From Laetmonice hystrix (taxonomy: Eukaryota): 64,000 bases of DNA. The stretch spans positions 35,030,001-35,094,000 of the forward strand of contig OZ249437.1 in the NCBI GenBank assembly GCA_965235115.1. The letters run 5' to 3'. Below the pieces are notes generated by a model. That model made no database searches and was not told where the DNA came from. It saw only the letters and a list, made by a program, of their open reading frames with translations. The position numbers and the translations under genes were made by a program. Shown piece by piece: positions 51,676 to 60,760 of this stretch (its first letter is position 1; each line of letters opens with the position of its first letter).

Positions 51676-52671
51676 AGGACTATACAACTTTTCTCTTTAG
51701 GGACATTGTCAAAGTAATTGGGTTACCCCTGATGCCCGTGCATTTTAAAAGAAAAATACAGTCAGGTTGAGTATAGGGCAAATGGCACCTGTTCAAACGT
51801 GTGCCTCACCTTTTCAAACATAGAGGGCGAAACTGTTACTGATGCTCTTGAATGAAAGCCAAACAGGTCTACTTCACTTTCTCTAACATAGATGGCGCCA
51901 CTGTCACCCATCATCTAGGGATGTGAGAAAAACCAGTACACCACAGTGCGGTGTATGCGCGTTTTAACGACGTCTAAAAATACTGTAAATCACTTTAATT
52001 TTGCGTGATTAAAATTTCGCGTTTTTTTTTCATTTTGGGCTGGTTTCGCGTTTCTTAAATTCGCGTTTAGGCAATGTCATCCCCATCTAAAAGTAAAGAC
52101 ATGTATTAACGCAAATACAGCAAATACAGTAAGAGCTAGTAAGCAACTGCCAAGTTAAAGAAGGTAATGAAGTGATGTTTTGTTTTGTAAGGGGATATTA
52201 CTGGAAATGCGCCGTTCCAAGTGTTTATTTCGCGTTTCTTAATTTCGCGTTTTTTTGAAAACACGAAAAACTGCTTTTGGAGCGGAGCAATATGTGGCTC
52301 AACCCACATATAGGCCTATATGTTTAAGGGCAAAGACAATGAAGCCTGTAATCAGACTAATTGAACTAATTTTCCTCAATGAACAATAGAAAGCACAACA
52401 TAGAATAGGGTCATAATAATGAAATTTGGCACATAGGGGTATTTTATCATGGCGAATTCAAACGTTCTAGGCCTAACCGCGATCATTTTGAATGTTTGCG
52501 GGCAGATCTCCTATCGGACATAACTAGCCGTAAGGGGCCTATCTAGCCGGGACACCCCCATCCTCCCACGCTCGGCGTTGAACCGCTTCCAGTGATGCAG
52601 GGTGCACGATGCCTCTTGACAACTCAAGATGGGACACCCCCGTCCCCTGCAAAAAGTGTATGTACACGTTT

Positions 52672-52834
52672 CAGTGGCGGATCCAGGATGGAGGGGTGGA
52701 GTTTAAGCCCCCCGCAAGCAAATTTGTCTTATTTCTCCGTAGAACTTTCTGAATTGACCATTCTGTAGGGCCTACCCCAAATTCCCCCTTAACACCCCCC
52801 CCCCCCCCTTACCATAATCATGGATCCTCCTCTG
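52672..52834. mobile_element. Degenerate MITE of the same TIR type
   Basis: CAGTGGCGGATCCA versus TGGATCCTCCTCTG. Confidence 0.55.
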
Positions 52835-53832
52835 CGTTTAGATCTATTTCAGCCAAGGTTGGCAGGTTGTCACTCTGGCCACCTGAATTACTTAATTAGA
52901 CACGGAGAAACTCTAAGTTGCTAAGCAGTGATGCGAGTGGCAATGCTATTAATGATATTAAACATACGACAAGACTATAATACAAAATACAGGTTTATTT
53001 TCAATCGATTACACAAGGAGATGATCGGTATCTTATTATAATTAGATCTCTATATCTGATTTGAATTATAGGCCTATATATCTCGCATCTCGCTCGTATA
53101 GTAGGCCTATATTGCTGCGATAACTTTGTAAATTTTGTATCCTTAAACGTACATGACAGAGTGCTAACGTGCCTACGGAAGGCAACAAGAAACTTGCACT
53201 TGAAATCAGACCCAATACTCAGCAGGTTATAACCAAATATAATGATGGACAATGATGTCGGACAGTAATGATGGGGGAAATGATAATGCTCTAATTAAAA
53301 CAAACAAGAAGTCAAATAAACCCCAAAAATACTTTAACCCAGACAATGGAATTTAAAAAGGATCCACGTGTTGACATTGACAGCCGAGTGTGCTGCAAAC
53401 TGAACGCCTTCTGTTACCAGCGGAATATAATGAACTATACATTTGTACTAGTATAATATGGATACTTGTATCTACGGTTCTGTTTTCACCCTGACGAGTT
53501 GGCTTAATGCCTGAAAGACAAAGGTTGGATGGAATGATAATTCCTTGATAAACTGCGTAACGGGCCATAGTATTCCATCCTCAGGTGGATACATGTACAT
53601 TCAATCTGATAGAATTAAACTCTATACCTCTGCCAGTTTCTTCCACATGGTACACTGATAAATCGTCTTTCGAACGTTCTACAATAAATTTGTCCAGGAT
53701 CATCGACTTGTCACATCTTCTCATTGCTCGGTCAGGATATTAAATGTGTTTGTGTTTTGTGTTTATACTGTGAAAATTTGTGGTCATCAGAGAGCCATCG
53801 GAACCGGGGGTGATACTGTTATTTGGTGGTGG

Positions 53833-53863
<31 letters not shown>

Positions 53864-54296
53864 GGGTGTTACGGGTAGTGTGGGCGCCTCGCGCTCTTAG
53901 TTACAATTTTAATATTTTTATATTGCTCCAGATAATCTTCATGATGCTGAGGGCTACGTATGCTGCGCCTATAGTATGTATCATATTACACCATATCGAC
54001 GCTTCGGAGTCTATTTTCATGAGGGTGAGACATGATAATTTTCTTGGACCTTTTCAGAGCCAATAAGTTTGGAGCTGTATATTGCCCTGGAGATTCTATG
54101 GGTGGGACAGGTCCCGCCCGTTCACCCACTTTCAATGCCCCTGCCATAATTATGATAATAAATGTAGGATTAACTATGGAACAAGTTGGACACTTGTCGT
54201 AGGTCCCCAACATAGAGCGGTCATGTTTGCCACAAACTTCACCAACTGCGAAAGGGACGGCTGTTTTCAAACGGCCTCCTTTTTAAAAATTTGTTG

Positions 54297-54586
54297 TTGA
54301 CAGTGTCCTGTCAAAGTGGTTTTTAATTCATGGTAACTTTTTCACACAATTTTTGGGTAGGGGTTAGGGTTAAGGTCAGGGATAGGGGTAGGGATATGTT
54401 TTTAGGAGGTCTAGGGACCGGTATTAGGGGTTAGGGATAACGTCAAGGCTAGGGGTAGGGATATGTTTTTGGGAGGTCTAGGGACCGGTGTTAGGGGTTA
54501 GGGATAAGGTCAGGGCTAGGGATACTGATAGATATTTACTTCTTATCAGATTTCGTGGGGTTTAAGTTACCATGAATTATACACCG
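54297..54586 (-). mobile_element. Helentron-associated (HINE/DINE-1-like) element just downstream of the SLC1A stop codon
   Basis: Perfect 15-bp subterminal inverted repeat (54325-54339 / 54564-54578), terminal stem-loop TTGACAG-TGTC-CTGTCAA (54297-54314), internal TAGGG-rich tandem repeats. Confidence 0.75.
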
Positions 54587-54619
54587 TCAAAGTCCTAATG
54601 ACCCATGCCGTCAGGACGT

Positions 54620-54845
54620 TCAGAGGTGAGTCGAGTCGCTGGCCTGACCTAGCACGATGACGTCACCGCCGTACGCGTTAGTTGGCAGACGATTGTTGTA
54701 GTAGTTGTGGTAGTCAGGCGGTGGGTGGTCTGGTTCCTCGATCTCCTCCGCCTCTAGCTCTGCCATGTGGTGACTGGACAACGATTCCACCACTGCCGCC
54801 CCGACAGAGTCACCCCACACGTTGACCGACGTCCGACAGCGATCT
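54620..54845 (-). CDS. SLC1A: SLC1A terminal exon (TM8 [12 protein letters not shown] and C-terminal tail)
   Basis: Acceptor ACACAG, stop TGA at 54620-54622. Confidence 0.93.
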
Positions 54846-57800
54846 CTGTGTTTTCCGAGAAAATACAGAAAAAAAGATAGTTAGGCCAATTATGGTTACT
54901 ACTATGGCATCGGCCTACTAAAAGAAATGTTGGTCAGAGGGTGACATTAATAATTTGGTCAGAGGGTGGGCATTTAATTCGAGACCTTTGTCTTAAAGAA
55001 AATAGGGGATGTAGGCCCAGGCCTGCAAATGTCTTACAAGATGTCCGGGATAGCTACTATCCCTGGAAGAGCCCTTATCTTTCAGGCGATTTGGGTTTTT
55101 TTCCTGCAAGTCTACAAGAAAATGCCTTGTCAGTAAATCAACACTATAATCGAGAATTGTTGTCCCCCGAGTCAGAGATACGACCCGCACGATGCGGCCG
55201 CTAGCACTCACAAGAACCAATCGACGGCGAGTATGGCGCCAATACTATCAGACGGGAGTCCGAGCGCCTGCAGTACGATGAGCATGGTGACGAGTCCAGC
55301 CTCGGGAACCCCAGCCGCACCGATCGCTGCCGCCGTGGCCGTCACGCTGTGGACAGACAGGCAGGAAAACTTGCATGCGATGGTAGTTACATCAGGGCTA
55401 TGGGATGGGATGGGGTTGTTTAATGGGATAAACAAAAGGGGCACAAGACCTGAGAGTTTTATTATTTTGGGGGTTTCCTGGCTTGATTTATTGTTAGAAA
55501 ACCTATGCTATCAAAGTCGTGTGTAGGAAAGACAGTTGTGCCATAGGCCTAACTCGATTCTGAACACTGCTGCTTTATAATACAGGTAGTCTTGAAGTCT
55601 CCCTTGCCTTTAGAATAATAGCGGGCCAAATTAAGGGTGGCTGGCCAGGGGTGGGGGGATACCCGCAATCGGTGGGCCTATAGCTCCCCACTCACCTGAC
55701 AATGACGACTTCAATGGGGCCTAGATAATGTCCCCTTTGCTGGGCGATGAAGATGTCCCCACTCACCTGACAATGACGACTTCACTGGGGCCCAGATAAT
55801 GTCCCCTCTGCTGGGCGATGAAGATGTCCCCAGTCACCTGACAATGACGACTTCACTGGGGCCCAGATAATGTCCCTTTTGCTGGGCGATGAAGATGTCC
55901 CCACTCACCTGACAATGACGACTTCACTGGGGCCCAGATAATGTCCCCTTTGCTGGGCGATGAAGATGTCCCCACTCATCTGACAATGACGACTTCACTG
56001 GGGCCCAGATAATGTCCCCTTTGCTTGGCGATGAAGATATCCCCACTCACCTGACAATGACGACTTCACTGGGGCCCAGATAATGTCCCCTTTGCTGGGC
56101 GATGAAGATGTCCCCACTCACCTGACAATGACGACTTCACTGGGGCCCAGATAATGTCCCCTCTGCTGAGCGATGAAGATGGAAGCGACCGCCTCGTACA
56201 GCGCCGTTCCGTCCATGTTGACGGTGGCGCCGACTGGTAGCACAAATCGCGAGATTATCGGGTTAATCCTCGCCTTCTCTTCCAAACACTTGAGGGTGAT
56301 TGGTAGTGTGGCTGAACTGTAAACACAACAAACACTTTTCTAAATTATCATCTTATATAGAGTTCTCCTTCAGTCACCTGAGGGTGACTGGCCTACTTTG
56401 GCTAATTTTCCAACATATTTATTTAGTGAATAACGGCGCCAGATTATGCCTATTCCCTTGAGCGCATTGCTGTCACAACATTATGTCAAGAGTGTAATAT
56501 GCTTTACTAAGGTATATCATTTATCAGGGCATAATATAACGTTTTGCGGTGCCAGCTTGTGCTTAAATAGTCCATTGATATTACTTTTTTTTGGGGGGGG
56601 GGGGTCTTTATCCACACAGGCCTGACACTTTAGAACCAGTGACGGATCCATAGGTACATTCTGGGAACTGCGTCCAGACCCCTGGACCACTAACCCCCCG
56701 CCCCGGTCCAACCTTGGACCGACTCTTGTTCACTCACCTAGAGGCCGTATCTAGGACCGTCACTAAGGACCACCAACCCCCCGCCCCGGATCCAACCTTG
56801 GACCGACCCTTGTTCACCCACCTAGAGGCCGTGCCTAGGGCCGACACCATGCAAGGACCACCAACCCCCCGCCCCGGATCCAACCTTGGACCGACCCTTG
56901 TTCACCCACCTAGAGGCCGTGTCTAGGGCCGTCACCAAGGACCACCAACCCCCCCCCCCCCCCCCCCCCTCGATCCAACCTTGGACCGACCGTTCACCCA
57001 CCTAGAGGCCGTGCCTAGGGCCGACACCAAGGACCACCAACCCCCCGCCCCGGATCCAACCTTGGACCGACCCTTGTTCACCCACCTAGAGGCCGTATCT
57101 ATAGGGCCGACACCAAGGACCACCAATCCCCCGTCCCGGATCCAACCTAGGACCGACCCTTGTTCACCCACCTAGAGGCCGTGCCGAGGGCCGTCACCAA
57201 TGCCCTGGTCATGTGAAACATAAAGCGGAAGGGATTGGCCCGTCGGAAGATGAAAAATATAACAGGTAGGACGACGAAACCGTGCAGCCCCAGTCCGATG
57301 AGTACGGTGAGGATGTACCAGCCGACATCGGAGAACTCATCCCCCAGGTTCTTCGTGCTCACAATTTTGTGGGCCACCAGGAAGACGATGCCGATGGGTA
57401 CCACCCAGATGATAGCTTTCACCAGGTTGATGATGGCCTGGGAGAAGGCCTCGAAGAAGATGGCGAGCGGCCGGCCACTCGTGCCCATTCGACTGATGAC
57501 GGCTCCAAGGGCGATGGAGAATACAATGAGACCAAGAGTATCTGTGCCATTCACCAGTACGACATCAAACTTGGACGAGTCACCTTCATTCACGATTTCT
57601 GTAATTGTATAATTGTTANNNNNNNNNNNNNNNNNNNNNNNNNNNNNNNNNNNNNNNNNNNNNNNNNNNNNNNNNNNNNNNNNNNNNNNNNNNNNNNNNN
57701 NNNNNNNNNNNNNNNNNNNNNNNNNNNNNNNNNNNNNNNNNNNNNNNNNNNNNNNNNNNNNNNNNNNNNNNNNNCGGAAAAGACGGCGAAATCGAGCAAT

Positions 57801-58413
57801 AGAAATAAATTTATAACAAAAGACGTACAGTAGACATCTAGTGTATCAATCTGATTTCTGCCTCTGACCTGTGGTGAAGTTTAGCGTTCCATTGCCCATG
57901 TCGTATGTTTTATTGTATTCCTTTGGTACTTGCTCGAATGTTGTCTTCGTCTTTGAACGCGTTGGGGCGTGGCAATGAGAAAGTTAACCATTAGAGACAG
58001 AAAAATGTGTCTGATTCTGAGCTTCGCGGAGGTCAACATTAAGCAGTGTTATCTGAGGTCGGTGAAGGTCAACATTAAACAGTGTTATCTGAGGTCGGTG
58101 GAGATCAACATTAAACAGTGTTATCTGAGGTTGGTGGAGGTCAACATTAAACAGTGTTATCTGAGGTTGGTGGAGGTCAACATTAAACAGTGTTATCTGA
58201 GGTTGGTGGAGGTCAACATTAAGCAGTGTTATCTGAGGTCGGTGGAGATCAACAATAAAATAGAGTGTGACCAACCTGCCGGAATGTCGCCTCGATTATG
58301 TTTTGAGGGATGAGATTTCTGTAGGAAGTAAACAATCACCAGACTAATGAACAGAATACGAATAAATATGTCCAACTTATAAAAAGAAGAAGAAGAAGGA
58401 GAAGAAGGAGAAG

Positions 58414-58445
<32 letters not shown>

Positions 58446-60760
58446 GGAGGAGGGGGAGGAGGAGGAGGGGGAGAATGAGGAGGAGGAGAGAAGGAAACCG
58501 ACTTCCGATACCCCGACCGTTTGTTGTCCGTTCCGATACTATGTGAATGATCAGGTGTGCCATGAAATATTGCAGCCATGAAATATTGCAGTCATGCGTC
58601 AAAATGCGTCATTATTTCATGTATGCAATTTTTTTTATAGCCATCGGCTATGAAATATCCCAGCCGTGAGACAATGCCGCATTGCGCTTCGTTCTGCGAT
58701 ATTTCATGGATGCGATATTTCATAGGCAGCATGGTTCCATAGCTACAAGTTATGAAATAATACAGTCCGTGGAATATTGCAGCATGTTTGCATTAGTATT
58801 TCATGACATCAATTTTGATCTTAGGCTATGAAATAATGTAGTCCGTTGAATATTGTAGATTTAATATCATTATATGTAAAGAGCTAATAAGTAGGAAAAG
58901 ATATTTCATTATTATAGGAGCCTATTTGATTGATAAACGAACTCAACAATGAAAACAATCTGGTAATCCTTCTAAAACGCAGATATTGTCTAAGATAGAG
59001 TACCATGTTGGCTTTTAGTTGATGATCCCAAGAGTACTGGCTTCCTAGTTAGAAAATTACATGGGCCTATATTTGATGTTGGTCAATGTGGAGGTGAATA
59101 ATACTAATTTACCTCTATAACGTCCAATTTAATGTTACGTCGTAATTGTATTTTCTACAACTTTCTGCTGGATCCAGCCAAATCTAGGCTTTACTATATA
59201 GGCTACCACTTAGGCCAACTCCTACTACTGTACCCCGCCCCCCCCCCCAAAATAAAAGGGCGCAATTCTGCAATATTTCACAGGAGGTATTATTAAATAG
59301 CTATAGGCTATATGCAGCGACACAACACTGCAATATTTCACAGGAGGCATTATTTCATAGCTATAGGCTATGAAATAATGCAGCTACGCAACACTGCAAT
59401 ATACGACACCGACCACGTCTTTTCGTACAGTGCCTATTCATACGACTCATATTCAAGACGATACCTGATGAGGTCCAGAAAGGAGTCGACCCCATTGACA
59501 AACTTCTTCTGGGCCTGCACGTTTTCTTTCGGGCGCCTGAGTCCCGGTTTAATTGTACAGACGAGCAGAATACCGAGCAGCACGGCCAGGAAGGTCGTAA
59601 TCAGGTAGTAGAGAATGGTAAACCCTCCCAGTCGACCCTGCGCCTTCCTCGGCATGTTGGCCAGCGAACTGATGAGGGAGGTGACAATGAGAGGGATGAT
59701 GATGACTTTCAGCATCCGCAGCACCATGTAGCCCGGGAACGCCAGGTACATCAACTTGAGCCGGGGAGAATGAGTACAGAGTCGTCATTAAACAGGCATC
59801 GAGTCGGGTGGCAAGGGGGAGGTTATGGACCACAAGAATCTTATACTGGGACGCCCCCTTGTGTGCACGATGAATATACTACTAGTAGGCCTATAATGGG
59901 AAAATTTGCAACTGTTCCACTTTTTGTTATAGGCCTACACCCTGGTATAGGGGTGGCTTATGTTCATCTACTCTACAAATAAGACAAAGAGGCAAACATC
60001 AGTATTTTTGCGCAGTAAATCAGTCAACCTTACTTTTCGATCGTCGTTTGTGAATTCTGGGTGACTAAATCGGATTCCAATTCCCATGGCTATTCCGATC
60101 AACATGGCAAGGACCATAAGGATGAGGATGAGGTTAGACTTCAGTGCTTTCTTGATACTGAAATTCCAAGTTTATTAGAATCATAGAATTAGGAGAAGAG
60201 AAACGTCGGCTCTGAGGATCTTTAAAACTGTTTAGCTGATATCGCATCATTACAGGGAAGGTCGATACGGAATATGTCGTGATAATATGCCCGAGGCGTA
60301 GCCGAGGGCTATATACGAAAGACTACCGTCGAGACCTTGCGCCGTCATTCTGTTTTAAAACACTGCTCCAACCCGAAAAAAATCTCATGAGATCTTGATC
60401 TGATCTAGAATGCATTACGCTTGTATAACTTATATAAAGGCGAAATTGATCTTTTATCTATTTAGTGGAACTATTCTTACCATAATACAACGGAAAGCAG
60501 AACTATAACGATCTACTGTTTTGATTAAACAAACGCTCACTTGAAATACCAGTACAAATAAGGCAATATGCGAAATATAATGATTTTATTCCTTGAAGGG
60601 ATACGCCCTGATTTTGCCATGAATACTTTTCTCTCCCCCTGATCGTATATTCTTACCATAAACTCCTGCTTTTCTTTGGCTCGACATTGTACACTGCAGG
60701 AACTTCTCCGTTTTCTGTTACTTCGGCCACCTCTATGGGGCTTCCCGTTCCTTTCGCCAT
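54620..60760 (-). CDS. SLC1A: Excitatory amino acid transporter (EAAT-type SLC1A, Na+:dicarboxylate symporter family), 9 coding exons, 541 aa
   Basis: Exons 60657-60760, 60034-60157, 59465-59754, 58276-58318, 57869-57950, 57172-57598, 56122-56316, 55212-55346, 54620-54845 all have GT..AG ends and compatible phases (sum 1626 nt). Family motifs: [75 protein letters not shown]. Family-level call only; the paralog cannot be assigned. Confidence 0.95.
55212..55346 (-). CDS. SLC1A: SLC1A exon 8 (HP2, TM8 start)
   Basis: [31 protein letters not shown]...AVDWF; AG/GTGAGT boundaries. Confidence 0.95.
55685..56180. repeat. Minisatellite, 71 bp unit, 7 copies, spanning the SLC1A exon 7 donor
   Basis: Donor-equivalent hexamers at 55690, 55761, 55832, 55903, 55974, 56045, 56116. 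Confidence 0.97.
56122..56316 (-). CDS. SLC1A: SLC1A exon 7 (HP1b, TM7 with NMDG)
   Basis: [15 protein letters not shown]...[22 protein letters not shown]; donor GTGAGT. Confidence 0.95.
56680..57200. repeat. Minisatellite, 84-92 bp unit, about 6 copies, spanning the SLC1A exon 6 donor
   Basis: Donor-equivalent hexamers at 56732, 56816, 56904, 56996, 57080, 57166. Confidence 0.95.
57172..57598 (-). CDS. SLC1A: SLC1A exon 6 (TM4c-TM6, HP1 start)
   Basis: [11 protein letters not shown]...[21 protein letters not shown]; acceptor TTACAG, donor GTGGGT. Confidence 0.95.
57619..57774. other. Assembly gap (N run) in SLC1A intron 5
   Basis: 156 N; the flanking exons are phase-compatible, so no exon need be missing. 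Confidence 1.
57869..57950 (-). CDS. SLC1A: SLC1A exon 5 (extracellular loop [27 protein letters not shown])
   Basis: Phase 0 in and phase 1 out fit the neighbours; three N-glycosylation sequons as expected for the TM4 loop. Confidence 0.8.
58028..58254. repeat. Intronic minisatellite, 36 bp unit, about 6 copies
   Basis: Unit GGAGGTCAACATTAAACAGTGTTATCTGAGGTTGGT in SLC1A intron 4. Confidence 0.95.
58276..58318 (-). CDS. SLC1A: SLC1A exon 4 ([14 protein letters not shown])
   Basis: Matches the conserved N.FP.N...A.F.Q segment; acceptor CCTACAG, donor GTTGGT. Confidence 0.9.
58384..58490. repeat. (GAA/GGA)n purine tract
   Basis: Directly visible. Confidence 0.95.
58555..59411 (-). mobile_element. 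Foldback/HINE-like element in SLC1A intron 3
   Basis: Repeated ATGAAATATTGCAG at the left and CTGCAATATTTCA at the right; terminus CGGTGTCG on the - strand. Confidence 0.5.
59465..59754 (-). CDS. SLC1A: SLC1A exon 3 (TM2-TM3)
   Basis: [31 protein letters not shown]...DSFLDLIR; AG/GT boundaries. Confidence 0.95.
60034..60157 (-). CDS. SLC1A: SLC1A exon 2 (TM1: [29 protein letters not shown])
   Basis: Acceptor TTTCAG, donor GTAAGG, typical SLC1 TM1 sequence. Confidence 0.9.
60657..60760 (-). CDS. SLC1A: SLC1A coding exon 1 ([11 protein letters not shown]...)
   Basis: ATG at 60760, donor GTAAGA, phase 2 matches the next exon. Confidence 0.8.

Noticed and set aside
54355-54525. Interstitial telomeric repeat
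   Set aside because: Only isolated TTAGGG units inside a HINE-like element with subterminal inverted repeats.
57619-57774. Missing SLC1A exon hidden in the N gap
   Set aside because: Exons 5 and 6 join in phase and the protein length (541 aa) is typical; an extra loop exon is not required but cannot be excluded.
57969-58602. ORFs with VNIKQCYLR repeats and poly-Leu/Ser/Pro
   Set aside because: Derived from the intronic 36-bp repeat and the purine tract inside SLC1A.
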